NCBI GenBank assembly: GCA_007135605.1
Contig: SLIN01000105.1
Span: forward strand, 1 to 55,587
DNA: 55,587 nucleotides
Direction of reading: 5' to 3'
DNA from: Spirochaetales bacterium
Lineage (GTDB): Bacteria; Spirochaetota; Spirochaetia; DSM-27196; SKKC01
The notes under the pieces: generated by a model
Database searches by the model: none
Told to the model about the DNA's origin: nothing
The model's input: the letters and a program-made list of their open reading frames with translations, nothing else
Program-made: the position numbers and the translations under genes
Part shown: piece after piece, positions 34,777 through 44,318 of the stretch
How positions within the stretch are numbered: the stretch's first letter is position 1
Layout: each line of letters starts with the position of its first letter

Positions 34777-35592
34777 CTACTGCTCCCGCGATAGAACGCA
34801 GAAAAAGATTGGGCCGGCACCGTCATTGAGATCGGGCCATATTCTGAACCCCCGAGAGGAACTGGAGATAGTGAGCGTGTATCTTTCGGCGGTCTGCCAC
34901 GTTTCGGCATGCGGTGTCCGTTCGATGAATGTGAGCCCTTTTTGTGCTGAACGTTTGACCGCACGCTCGACCACACCCTCGTTCTCCTCGAACGGTAGGC
35001 TGCAGGTAGAGTAGATGATGGTCCCTCCCCGACATACCGACTGCATAGCCGACCGGAGCAGCGTAAAGGCATCCTGCGCGATATGGGTGATCCTCGACCG
35101 ACTCCAGAGATCGATCCGACCCTTACCGCGAATCAGATGCGCCTCGCTGCTGCACGGAGCGTCGAGTAACACGAGATCGTATGTCGCAGGTTCTCGCAAT
35201 CCGATCTTGCGTGCATCCCGGCCGCTCACATCTACCTTCCGCCGAATTGAGTCGGGCAAATGGCTGTCGAGCACGCGGTGTAAGCGTGCCCTCCGTCCGG
35301 AGCTGCGGTCGTTGGCGACGATTTTCCCTCCTTCTGCCGTCGTTAACGCCATTGCCAGCGTTTTCCCGCCCGGCGCAGCGCACATATCAAGCACGAGCCG
35401 TTCTCCGAGTGGCCCGGCGGCGCCGGCGACAATCAGGCTCGCCGGATCGACATAGTATCGTTCGGCAGTGCCTGTATCGATCGGCACCATCGGATGATCA
35501 CGCTCCATCGCCGCTCGTAGATCCGACCAACGGTCACCGAATCGCTGTCGATAGTGCTCTTCGAACGCATCCAGACCCTTTTCCGAACCCAT
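34777..35592 (-). CDS. RsmB/RsmF-type RNA cytosine-C5 methyltransferase (no NusB-like N-domain)
   Basis: I moved the start to ATG 35592 (MGSEKGLDAF...). Motifs are LDMCAAPGGKT, VLLDAPCSSEAHL and IIYSTCSL. Confidence 0.8.
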   Translation of the reverse strand: MGSEKGLDAFEEHYRQRFGDRWSDLRAAMERDHPMVPIDTGTAERYYVDPASLIVAGAAGPLGERLVLDMCAAPGGKTLAMALTTAEGGKIVANDRSSGRRARLHRVLDSHLPDSIRRKVDVSGRDARKIGLREPATYDLVLLDAPCSSEAHLIRGKGRIDLWSRSRITHIAQDAFTLLRSAMQSVCRGGTIIYSTCSLPFEENEGVVERAVKRSAQKGLTFIERTPHAETWQTAERYTLTISSSSRGFRIWPDLNDGAGPIFFCVLSREQ

Positions 35593-35649
35593 CTCAACTC
35601 CTCTCGTACAACTTGAGGCAGAGCTGTATTGCAGTACACAATCGCCTGC

Positions 35650-36336
35650 ATGGGCAAGCACGAGTATCCCGGTGTTGTCGTCTTCGACCTCGACGGCACA
35701 CTGGTCGACACAATAGCGGATATCGCCGCGGCAGCGAACCGTGTACTGCACAGGCTCGGGTTCGCGTCGATTCCTGCAGATAATTGTCGCGAAATGGTGG
35801 GGTGGGGCACACGGGTGTTGGCACAACTGGCACTTGAGTATGCCGGCGGTTCAACAGATGACGAGTCGGTCGATCAGCTCGAAAAGATGATAATCGACGA
35901 GTACACCGATAAACCGTTCGTCGATTCAACGATCTATGCCGGAATAGAGACGCTGCTCGACAGGTTTCGAGACCGCGACATCATTCTCGCTGTCTGTACC
36001 AATAAATCGGAGCCGATCGCGCAGCGTGTCGTTCACACCGCTTTCGGGACGAACCGATTCGGGGCGGTTATTGGAGCGTGTCCGGGTCGAGAACCGAAAC
36101 CGTCGGCGCAGCCGCTGTACGAGTGTATAACGATGAGCGGAGGACATCGCGACTCCGCCCTGCTTATCGGCGATTCGGACGTCGACGTTCGCACCGCCCG
36201 GGCCGCCGGTGTTCCGGTATACGGGGCGGCATGGGGGTACCGCGGTCGCACGCATCTGGAGATCGCGGGGGCCGACGAGGTATTCGACTCACCCGAAGAA
36301 ATCCTCAACTCCATCGAGAAACTCGCGCTCTGTTAG
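35650..36336 (+). CDS. HAD-superfamily phosphatase (phosphoglycolate phosphatase-like)
   Basis: I moved the start to ATG 35650. HAD motifs are VVVFDLDGTLVDT (DxDxT), CTNKSE and LLIGDSDVDVRTARAAGV. Confidence 0.8.
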   Translation: MGKHEYPGVVVFDLDGTLVDTIADIAAAANRVLHRLGFASIPADNCREMVGWGTRVLAQLALEYAGGSTDDESVDQLEKMIIDEYTDKPFVDSTIYAGIETLLDRFRDRDIILAVCTNKSEPIAQRVVHTAFGTNRFGAVIGACPGREPKPSAQPLYECITMSGGHRDSALLIGDSDVDVRTARAAGVPVYGAAWGYRGRTHLEIAGADEVFDSPEEILNSIEKLALC

Positions 36337-36429
36337 TGTAATTGTGCTACACCTCGTGTGGTATTCTGCGTTCGGGTACTTCCCGGTCGCTTGGACCGAA
36401 ACAATATTTACTGATAAAAAGGTGGCGTT

Positions 36430-38214
36430 ATGGTCGAACACTCCGAAATCGAGGCTCATGCACGAGCCTATATTGAGGCGGAAAGCGACGACGCATTTCG
36501 ATATGAAGTAGAGCAGCTTCTGAGCAAAGGATCACAGGAAGAGCTTGCCGACCGTTTCTACACGACACTCGAGTTTGGTACCGGCGGACTACGAGGCGTG
36601 ATCGGCGGCGGCTACAATCGCATGAATAGCTTCGTGGTACGCCGGGCCACTCTCGGACTGGCCCGATATGTGAACCGCAATGTGCGCCGGACACGCGGTG
36701 AACAGGCGCAAGCGAAGGCTGTAATCGCATATGATAACAGGCGCTATAGCAGTGAGTTTGCACTTCAGGCAGCGCTCGTTCTCTGCGCGAATGGTATCGA
36801 GACATATCTCTTCTCGGGGCTGCGTCCTACCCCCGAGCTAAGCTTCGCGATACGTATGCTGGATGCCGACACCGGCATCGTCGTCACCGCAAGCCACAAT
36901 CCACCCGAATACAACGGTTACAAAGTGTACTGGAACGACGGCAGTCAGGTCGTAGCACCGCACGACAAGGGAATTATCGAAGAGGTATCCCGGGTCACCG
37001 GTTCTGTGTCGGCTATTGACAGGCAAGAGGCGATTGAACGCGGCCTGCTTCATATGATCGATGAGGAGGTAGATGAGCGATTCCTCGATATGGTCGAACG
37101 ACAGATTGTTCGGCGCGGGCTGTTTCGAGAATCGGGCGATCAAATGCACATGGTCTATACCCCGCTCCACGGCACCGGTGCAATGCTTATCGAATGCATC
37201 TGCGACCGCCTCGGTCTCAAACTCAGTGTAGTACCGGAGCAAAGAGACCCGGACAGCGAGTTTCCGACCGTCGAGTCGCCGAATCCCGAAGAGGGTTCGG
37301 CTTTGCACATGGCGATCGAGCTGGCGAAAGAGAAGGGCGCAGACCTTGTGGTGGGTTCCGATCCGGATGCGGATCGCATCGGAATTGCGGTTCGTAATGC
37401 GCAGACCGGAGACTACGAGCTGTTGACAGGAAACCAACACGGAGTCCTCCTCGTCGATTATGTCTTGGGTTCCCGCAGCGAGCTCGGAACGCTGCCTGCG
37501 AAACCGGCGTTTATCAAAACAATCGTGACAACCGAGTTACAGCGACTTGTCGCCGAGGCCCACGGTGCCGAGGTCTTCGACACATTGACGGGCTTTAAGC
37601 ATATTGCGGCAAGAATCCGGGAGTTCGAGAATACTCCGGGCGCTCCTCAGTACGTTCTCGGCGATGAAGAGAGTTACGGCTATATGATCGGCACCGAAGT
37701 CCGGGATAAGGATGCGATTTCGGCGACCGTGCTCACCGCCGAAATGGCGCTGTACTACCGCACGCAGGGAAAGACGCTGCTCGACCGACTCGAAGAGGTC
37801 TACCGCCGGTTCGGCTACTTCGAGGAGCGGACGATCAGCGGCTACTTCCGCGGTCGTGACGGCGCCAAGGTCATGGCCGATCTCATGACCTCGCTCCGTG
37901 ACAACACACCGGAGCGTTTTGCAGGCCTGGGAGTTGTACGGGTTCATGATTACGAGCGTCGCGTTACGATCGATCCCCGGACCGGCACTCAGCTCGACGA
38001 AATCGATCTGCCGGTATCGAACGTTCTGCAATTCGTCCTTGAGGATGCGACGATTCTCTCAGTGCGTCCGTCAGGAACCGAACCGAAGATCAAGTTCTAT
38101 GTGTCGGTACGAGTTGATCCGTCGATAGCGCTCGACGTAGCGAGAAGAGAGGCGAGTGAACGGCTTTCGGAAATCGAGCAGGAGATCGACCGTCTGATAC
38201 CGGGCGGTCGATAG
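36430..38214 (+). CDS. Phosphoglucomutase/phosphomannomutase family protein (PgcA-like)
   Basis: This is a 594-aa ORF. The active-site loop is TASHNPPEYNGYKVY, the metal loop is GSDPDADRIG, and GDEESYGY is also present. Confidence 0.9.
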   Translation: MVEHSEIEAHARAYIEAESDDAFRYEVEQLLSKGSQEELADRFYTTLEFGTGGLRGVIGGGYNRMNSFVVRRATLGLARYVNRNVRRTRGEQAQAKAVIAYDNRRYSSEFALQAALVLCANGIETYLFSGLRPTPELSFAIRMLDADTGIVVTASHNPPEYNGYKVYWNDGSQVVAPHDKGIIEEVSRVTGSVSAIDRQEAIERGLLHMIDEEVDERFLDMVERQIVRRGLFRESGDQMHMVYTPLHGTGAMLIECICDRLGLKLSVVPEQRDPDSEFPTVESPNPEEGSALHMAIELAKEKGADLVVGSDPDADRIGIAVRNAQTGDYELLTGNQHGVLLVDYVLGSRSELGTLPAKPAFIKTIVTTELQRLVAEAHGAEVFDTLTGFKHIAARIREFENTPGAPQYVLGDEESYGYMIGTEVRDKDAISATVLTAEMALYYRTQGKTLLDRLEEVYRRFGYFEERTISGYFRGRDGAKVMADLMTSLRDNTPERFAGLGVVRVHDYERRVTIDPRTGTQLDEIDLPVSNVLQFVLEDATILSVRPSGTEPKIKFYVSVRVDPSIALDVARREASERLSEIEQEIDRLIPGGR

Positions 38215-38225
38215 TCCGTCATGAC

Positions 38226-38522
38226 TCAGGAGCCTTCCCCTGCGCGGTTTCGCCGCCTTTTCGCCGCTGCAATCTCGGCCACCAGACGATGTAGATCGCT
38301 CTCATCCAGGAGCCCACGCTCGAACTGCTCCTGAATCTCGGGTACGAAGTCTTCGCCGAGCGATCGGAGACGGCGTTCAACCTCCCCGGACCATATCCGC
38401 CGCGTCAGATCCATCCGCTGATCGGACAGCGTAATGAACTCCTCAGCGATCTGTTCGGCCCGATACCAGCGAATATCGTCGAACTCCAGCGCCTGTTCGT
38501 CCAGTAACTCCTGAAACTGCAC
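38226..38522 (-). CDS. Small acidic hypothetical protein
   Basis: This is a 98-aa ORF with a GTG start and a helical, charged sequence. I found no motif. It is kept because it fills an otherwise empty gap and its codon usage looks like that of its neighbours. Confidence 0.5.
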   Translation of the reverse strand: MQFQELLDEQALEFDDIRWYRAEQIAEEFITLSDQRMDLTRRIWSGEVERRLRSLGEDFVPEIQEQFERGLLDESDLHRLVAEIAAAKRRRNRAGEGS

Positions 38523-38576
38523 GAAGACACGGTATGTCTATTTGCGCGTGCGCGTCAACAAAGGGAGCTTTCCGGG

Positions 38577-39173
38577 GTGGTAATCAACCGATACAATGCG
38601 CATCCGATGAACACCGAGCAATCAGTCGCAGACACGGTATTCACTGCTTTCGACTTCGAGACTACCGGCCTCCAGGTTGGGCTCGACCGTATCATCGAAA
38701 TCGGAGCGGTTCGATTCAAAGGGACCAGGATTCTCGGAGAGGTCGAGCTGCTCGTGAATCCGGAGCGGGATATTCCGGAAGATGCCGCTGCGGTTTCCGG
38801 CATCCGCGATGAGATGGTACGGCACAAACCGGTGATTGCTGAAGCGCTGCCCGATTTCATGGAGATATGCGAGGGTGCGATTCTCATTGCTCACAACGCC
38901 CAGTTCGACCTGGGGTTTCTGAGGGCGGCATTGCAGGAGACAGGGTTGCCGGAGGTCTCAAACCGCGTTATCGACACCCAGGTACTCGCTCAGAGAGCAT
39001 TCCCCCGCCTGCGCAGCTACTCGCTCCAGGCGCTCGTGGAAATGCTCGAAGTACCCCCGAATAACGCCCACCGAGCTCGCGACGACGCGTTCATGTGCAT
39101 GAAGGTATTCCAGGCGTGCGCACAGCAGCTCAGTTTCATGGGGGAGGTATCACTCTCCGAAGTTCTCACGTGA
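38577..39173 (+). CDS. DEDDh 3'-5' exonuclease (DnaQ/epsilon-like)
   Basis: This is a 198-aa ORF. GTG 38577 has an AAGGGAG SD 9 nt upstream. Exo motifs are FDFETTGL, AHNAQFDLGFL and HRARDDA. Confidence 0.85.
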   Translation: MVINRYNAHPMNTEQSVADTVFTAFDFETTGLQVGLDRIIEIGAVRFKGTRILGEVELLVNPERDIPEDAAAVSGIRDEMVRHKPVIAEALPDFMEICEGAILIAHNAQFDLGFLRAALQETGLPEVSNRVIDTQVLAQRAFPRLRSYSLQALVEMLEVPPNNAHRARDDAFMCMKVFQACAQQLSFMGEVSLSEVLT

Positions 39174-39202
39174 GTGCGTCGCACGACATCGAGCCGGCCC
39201 GA

Positions 39203-41281
39203 TCACAGTTTTCCGAGCAGCTTCAGCATGTACAGCTCGATGTAACGCCGAAGCGCCTCCTTGCGACGGATCTTGCTGAATGCATCTTTCTCGGCCAGCT
39301 CCCCGGCCATGTGCCGAATCCGATCCGGCCCGGGTGGAGCGACGCGAAATCCTGCACGCATTCGACGGAGGAAATCACGAACGAGAGAGTTCACATCTTC
39401 GACCAGATTCTTCTTTGCAGTGGTATCGAGCAACGGATTCCATTGATCGACCAGCTCCCGCATAGCCTGATCGATGTTCTTTCCGTCGGGGACGAAGTCG
39501 CGAGCGATCGCTTTTACCTTTTCTTGATACTCCGCGGAAACCGGCTTCTGGCCGGCCGAACCTTTGAACTTACGACGGTTCCGACGGTTCGCGATCAGGC
39601 TGGACGCGTGTGCACCGGAGCTCTCCGTTTGCTCCGCCGCCCGACCCACGACACCGCGGGCGCTCGCCGAATCCTCGTCGAATTCGTCGTCCGAGTCGCT
39701 GTAATCCGTCCTTCCACCGGCGGAAGCGTGCCGAATCGGCCGTCCGGAGCTCACCTCCTCGCCACCGGCGTAGCGACTTACTCCGAATATTCGGCGGATA
39801 AGACGAGCGATCGCACGGAACGCCGGTGTTGCAAGGTAGAAGGGGAGCATGAGCTCGGCGTCTTTCATCAGGCGCTTGCGGTCGAGCTCGAACACCTCCG
39901 GCATCGGTCGAATCTTCTCGGCGCTGGGATCGAGCATCAACTGCAGATCGGCTCGAAAAGCGCCGTCCGGCGGTGCCTGACGCGAAAGGACGGTGAGGAG
40001 CTCGTACTGCAGCATTCCGGCGAATACCGGTGCTCGCCGGCGCAACTCGCTGCGAATGTGTCGATCGAACTCCTCGTCACTCTTCATGACCGGGCTCAAC
40101 CGGTCGGTGCGAAGAGCACGATACCACGCTTGCGAGTAGAACCGCTTTAACTCGTCGGCGAGGCGTGACCGGGTCCCGAGCACATATGCGAGGGCGTGCG
40201 TTCGCATAACGTAATAGTCGCGCTCGTCCGCTCCGCGAACGAGAAGAATATCGGGGAGATCTGTCTCACTCCCGGTGGACATACGCGACTCGATGATCGC
40301 AGCAATTCTTTCGGTCGATAGGCGCTTCGACAGCGGGTTCCCGCGCTCGTCGGGAAGCTCGGCTATCTCGGCGAATGTAAACGGCTCGGTTCGTTGGTCG
40401 AGGGCGCGTTGCAACGTCTTTTCGGCATGCTCGGTCTCGCGCCTCTTCTGATCGGCCCCGCGATAATAGGTGTTGTAGTAGCCGATAAGGTGCGCGGCTT
40501 GAGGCAGACCGAACTCCGAGTCGTGCGATTCGTGCTCGCCCGCTCGCGCTTCCTTGATAAGCGTGTTACATACCTGGTTCCAGAAGTTGTACGTGAAGTC
40601 GCTCGGCTTCTGCACCGCGGCGACCGAATCGCGAGGCGTGGTCAAGAGCTGGTTCAAACTCTCGCGAAGCGCGATCTCGCGGGTTGGAAAATAGTTCAGA
40701 AGCTTGTGATGCATGTATCCGGCGTTTCTCTCGTTGCGGAGGTGCAACCGGATTTTCTGGATACAGATCGGGAGAAGCCGTTCGGGGATCATCCCCGATG
40801 GTACGAGTACGCTCGGAAGCGCATCGGGAAACTGCAGTCGGAGTAAACGCTCGGGCCCTTCCGTATCCGCGTCAATCCATTTCGTGAACTCCTCGCTCAC
40901 GACAACCGGATAAACGACCTCCGAGGGTAGGGCGAAATCGATATTGTCTTCATTGGGAAAGGGGCGTGACGGTTGCGCATCGATACGGTCGTACGCTTTC
41001 GCCACGCGAGAGAGGTAATACTCGGAGTAGTAGATCTCGGTCGGCATCCCATCGGAGAACGAAATAGTCACCGGCCCGCGTTGCGAAAGTGCCCGCAAAT
41101 GGGAAATGAGAATCGGCTCAACCTGCGCTCCCGCCAGATCGACAAACCGCTCCTCCTGAGACCCCTTACGCTCTGCGACCTTACGGCAGAAGCGCACGAA
41201 GGCTTCAAAGGGGATGCGGGGGGTTTCGGTCCGCGTCGCGTAGGCGTTCACGAGCTCAAGTATATCGTCAGGCTTCGACAT
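39203..41281 (-). CDS. Large cytoplasmic hypothetical protein (692 aa)
   Basis: This is a clean 692-aa ORF. It is Lys-containing and so likely cytoplasmic. It has an internal acidic/Ser-rich low-complexity segment (DYSDSDDEFDEDSASARG). I recognised no catalytic motif. Confidence 0.75.
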   Translation of the reverse strand: MSKPDDILELVNAYATRTETPRIPFEAFVRFCRKVAERKGSQEERFVDLAGAQVEPILISHLRALSQRGPVTISFSDGMPTEIYYSEYYLSRVAKAYDRIDAQPSRPFPNEDNIDFALPSEVVYPVVVSEEFTKWIDADTEGPERLLRLQFPDALPSVLVPSGMIPERLLPICIQKIRLHLRNERNAGYMHHKLLNYFPTREIALRESLNQLLTTPRDSVAAVQKPSDFTYNFWNQVCNTLIKEARAGEHESHDSEFGLPQAAHLIGYYNTYYRGADQKRRETEHAEKTLQRALDQRTEPFTFAEIAELPDERGNPLSKRLSTERIAAIIESRMSTGSETDLPDILLVRGADERDYYVMRTHALAYVLGTRSRLADELKRFYSQAWYRALRTDRLSPVMKSDEEFDRHIRSELRRRAPVFAGMLQYELLTVLSRQAPPDGAFRADLQLMLDPSAEKIRPMPEVFELDRKRLMKDAELMLPFYLATPAFRAIARLIRRIFGVSRYAGGEEVSSGRPIRHASAGGRTDYSDSDDEFDEDSASARGVVGRAAEQTESSGAHASSLIANRRNRRKFKGSAGQKPVSAEYQEKVKAIARDFVPDGKNIDQAMRELVDQWNPLLDTTAKKNLVEDVNSLVRDFLRRMRAGFRVAPPGPDRIRHMAGELAEKDAFSKIRRKEALRRYIELYMLKLLGKL

Positions 41282-41352
41282 CCCCTGCCTCTTCGGAAAC
41301 AGCTCCGCGATTTAATTGACATTATAGAATATCCGGACCTAAGCTTCCAGCT

Positions 41353-41928
41353 ATGCGCCGGTCGCCGCCGTCGACGAGCCTGTCACACGCCACGATCGCG
41401 TGCGTAATTCTTCTCGCTCTCTTCACCACATGTACAACGTCCCCGGCCGATTCCACCGGAAACCACGCCGAACCACGGTACCACTCCGGTGAACCCGGCC
41501 CGCCGGCTGCCGTCATTGAGACCCCGGAGTCGAGAATCGAGCGTATCGGTGATTTGCAGTCGGTGGATTCGGGGACGGTGCTGAAAAGCGCCCGGCGCTT
41601 CGCAAGGGAGACCCAGCAGCTGATCACCCGCGGTGATTTCGACGGTTGGAGGCGACTTCTGAGCGACGGATACCGCGATCACTTCGACGACTCTCGCAAT
41701 CTCGAACGCATATCGCAGTATGCCCGGCTGCGACGCGCGGGGATACTCCTCGAAACGCTCGAAGACTACTTCGATCACGTCGTTCGGACGAGCCGCCACG
41801 GTACATCGGTCGATCGCGTTGAGGTTATCGACGATCGGCGAGCGATTGCGTATGCAACGGTCGAAGGGGACGAATTCGTGCTCTATCACCTGGTATGGGA
41901 TGACGGCTGGAAAATCGGGCGTTACTGA
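41353..41928 (+). CDS. Hypothetical lipoprotein/secreted protein
   Basis: This is a 191-aa ORF. Its hydrophobic N-terminus ACVILLALFTTC has a weak lipobox-like Cys. I found no motif. Confidence 0.6.
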   Translation: MRRSPPSTSLSHATIACVILLALFTTCTTSPADSTGNHAEPRYHSGEPGPPAAVIETPESRIERIGDLQSVDSGTVLKSARRFARETQQLITRGDFDGWRRLLSDGYRDHFDDSRNLERISQYARLRRAGILLETLEDYFDHVVRTSRHGTSVDRVEVIDDRRAIAYATVEGDEFVLYHLVWDDGWKIGRY

Positions 41929-42015
41929 ATGGTAATCGCACGGCGGCTGGAAAATCGGCCGCCACTGCATATACTTTGTAGCACTCAGTGCAGATACGCG
42001 TAGAAATGGAGAACG

Positions 42016-42726
42016 ATGATGACGAGAACGGCGATCAAGATAATGACCGTGGCGATCCTGCTCCTGGCCGTAGCTGGTGTCCTGCCCGGCGAGGAGCGGG
42101 TAATGACGGTCGAAGAGCTCTATCTCCAGGAAGATCTCGGAATACAGGTGCTGCGAACCCAGGCGCTCTCCCCCCGGCGAGATCACAAGGAACAAGCGCT
42201 CGAAACACTCCGTACACTCGTCGAGGACGGCGCCGTCGCTACCGACGATTCGCCCCGCATCGCGATCCTACGGCTGCTCGCAACCGACGGTTCGTCGTAT
42301 CAGGTTCGAACCGGTGGTCGAGTGGTGTACGATAATCCGGACATCCGCAGGGACGCCGCCGGGCTACTCGGCGAGATAGGAGGTCCGCAGGCGAGAGGCG
42401 CGCTCCTCGAGGTAATCGAATACGAGCGCGAACCGATGGTTCTATCGCAGGCGATACACGCCCTCGGTCATGTCGGACTCGACGATGACGGGCGCGGCGC
42501 CGTGCGACTTGCACGGGTATTGAACCGCGAGAATGCCCAGGACAACCCGGATAACAACCTGATGTACGTGACACTCATGTCAATGGAACGCCTTGCCGTC
42601 GACCAGGCGGATCAGCTCGCAACCAGCGCGCTCGTCAACAGTCTCGTTCAGATATCCACCGGCCCGTATACCAGGCTCGTGCGCGAGCAGGCGCGTCAAA
42701 CCCTTACTGTGTTGGGCGGACTGTAA
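42016..42726 (+). CDS. Secreted HEAT/armadillo-like repeat protein
   Basis: This is a 236-aa ORF with the signal peptide MMTRTAIKIMTVAILLLAVAGVLPGEE. HEAT-like repeats include DIRRDAAGLLGEIGGPQA and MVLSQAIHALGHVG. Confidence 0.65.
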   Translation: MMTRTAIKIMTVAILLLAVAGVLPGEERVMTVEELYLQEDLGIQVLRTQALSPRRDHKEQALETLRTLVEDGAVATDDSPRIAILRLLATDGSSYQVRTGGRVVYDNPDIRRDAAGLLGEIGGPQARGALLEVIEYEREPMVLSQAIHALGHVGLDDDGRGAVRLARVLNRENAQDNPDNNLMYVTLMSMERLAVDQADQLATSALVNSLVQISTGPYTRLVREQARQTLTVLGGL

Positions 42727-42776
42727 GTGCTGGGAGGCCTGTAAAACGTTCGAGAATTCTGATATAAGCGTATGAT

Positions 42777-43424
42777 GTGAAGCAGCGGAGACGCTCCAAC
42801 ATTCGCTTTGTCCTCAAATGCAGCGCCCTCTTCGCCCTGCTGGTTATCGGGTTTTCGGAGGCCTCAGTCAAGAACGCCGCTCGCAACCGGCAGTTTGCAT
42901 CGATCGGCGAGGTTCCGTACCGCCGCACGGCGCTCCTTCTCGGTACGAGCCGATACTCGCGCAGCGGCGCCCCGAATCGCTTCTTCTGGAACAGAATCGA
43001 TGCCGCGATCGAACTCTATGAACACGGGAAAATCGACCGCATCATCGCCAGTGGCGACAATCGTTTCACCACCTATAACGAGCCTGCGAGCATGCGAGAT
43101 GCGCTCGTTTCGCGCGGGATACCGGAAGAAGCGGTGGTCCTCGATCACGCCGGCTTCAGCACCCTTGATTCGGTTGTCCGCAGCCGGCGCGTATTTGAGC
43201 AGCACGAAATCGTAATCGTCTCTCAATCATTTCATAACGCCCGCGCGATCTTCATCGCCCGTCACAACGAGGTCGACGCGATCGGATACAATGCCGGAGA
43301 TGTTCCGTACTCCGATGCGTTCGGCGTCTACGTCCGCGAGTATCTCGCCCGGGTCAAGGCGGTTATCGACGTCTACGTGCTCAACCGCGAGCCCCGCGTG
43401 CTCGGCGAACCTCAACCGCTGTAA
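42777..43424 (+). CDS. sanA: SanA/YdcF-family (DUF218) membrane protein
   Basis: This is a 215-aa ORF with an N-terminal TM helix. LLLGTSRYSRSGAPNRFFWNRIDAAIELYEHGKIDRIIASGDN...YNEP and IVSQSFHNARAIFIA fit the SanA pattern. Confidence 0.85.
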   Translation: MKQRRRSNIRFVLKCSALFALLVIGFSEASVKNAARNRQFASIGEVPYRRTALLLGTSRYSRSGAPNRFFWNRIDAAIELYEHGKIDRIIASGDNRFTTYNEPASMRDALVSRGIPEEAVVLDHAGFSTLDSVVRSRRVFEQHEIVIVSQSFHNARAIFIARHNEVDAIGYNAGDVPYSDAFGVYVREYLARVKAVIDVYVLNREPRVLGEPQPL

Positions 43425-43436
43425 CGAGGTTCTTCT

Positions 43437-44291
43437 ATGATTGCATCGCCCACCTGCACGGTATTCGTGCTCCGCCACGCGCCGGGCACCGGAGTCAACA
43501 CCGAGTCACAAAGCGACTGTCGCTCTCTTAAGGAGTCTGTTTCCGAAGAGCCGCCCGACTGCGCCTATATCGTCACACACACACTTCCGGGACGGAGTAC
43601 GATTCGTCTCCAGCGCCATATCCAACGGCTTTGCGAGTCGGCGCGACGGCTCGAATACCGGATTGTGTGGTCGCCCGGGGAGATCCGATCAGCCGTTCGC
43701 TACTGTCTCAACGCACTCGAGCTCGACACCGCGCGCTTCAGAGTAACCGCCCTGCGCGACGGGCGGATGCGAATCTCGGTCGAACCGTATCACGGCCTTC
43801 CGGAGGCGTTGCTGCTGCGCGGCGTTGAGTGCAGGACGGAGCGGGAATCGGCGCGCGCCGATCCATCAACGAAGTCGACCCGCTGGATGCTGCAACGCGC
43901 ATCAATGCACGCCGACGATGTATACGAAATCCTGCTCTGCGACCCCGCCGGCCATATATTGGAAGGCAGCTCGAGCAACTTCTTCGCAGTCAACAAAGGC
44001 GCGGGCGACCAGCAGTCAGCGATTGTACGAACTGCCGGTACCGGGGTGCTCGAGGGGGTGGCGCGCGGGATCGTGCTCGAAGTATGCACCAAGGTGGCCG
44101 CGCTTTCGTTCGAACCGGTACACCTCGATGAGCTCGAGCAGGTCACCGAGGCATTCATGACTTCAGCAACCCGCGGTGTAGTGCCGATCCGGCGAATCGA
44201 CGGGCAGACCTTTCACGCGCCGGGACCGATTACCGCCGAGATCAGCAGGCGCTACGGCCGCTGGATCGACGAGAACAGCGAGCCGCTGTAA
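43437..44291 (+). CDS. Class IV (fold type IV) PLP-dependent aminotransferase / aminodeoxychorismate-lyase-like
   Basis: This is a 284-aa ORF. A candidate PLP Lys lies in DPSTKSTRWM. Other motifs are EGSSSNFFAV, GVLEGVARGIVLE and EAFMTSATRGVVPI. Confidence 0.75.
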   Translation: MIASPTCTVFVLRHAPGTGVNTESQSDCRSLKESVSEEPPDCAYIVTHTLPGRSTIRLQRHIQRLCESARRLEYRIVWSPGEIRSAVRYCLNALELDTARFRVTALRDGRMRISVEPYHGLPEALLLRGVECRTERESARADPSTKSTRWMLQRASMHADDVYEILLCDPAGHILEGSSSNFFAVNKGAGDQQSAIVRTAGTGVLEGVARGIVLEVCTKVAALSFEPVHLDELEQVTEAFMTSATRGVVPIRRIDGQTFHAPGPITAEISRRYGRWIDENSEPL

Positions 44292-44318
44292 ACGGTCGAT
44301 CGGCGACTAAGAGTTTGA

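Noticed and set aside
35826-35843. TGGCAC...TATGC, considered as a sigma54 -24/-12 element.
   Set aside because: The GG-to-GC spacing is 11 rather than 10 nt, and the site lies inside the HAD phosphatase coding region.
39095-40150. 351-aa + strand ORF.
   Set aside because: This is a long antisense ORF inside the 692-aa minus-strand gene, which is typical of GC-rich DNA. It has no motif and an odd composition.
41904-41958. Perfect 15-nt direct repeat CGGCTGGAAAATCGG (41904-41918 and 41944-41958) straddling the stop codon of the 191-aa gene.
   Set aside because: It is a real duplication but tiny. It looks like a slippage or duplication scar whose second copy contributes to a weak GGCGGC/GCCGCC hairpin, and no functional signal is evident.
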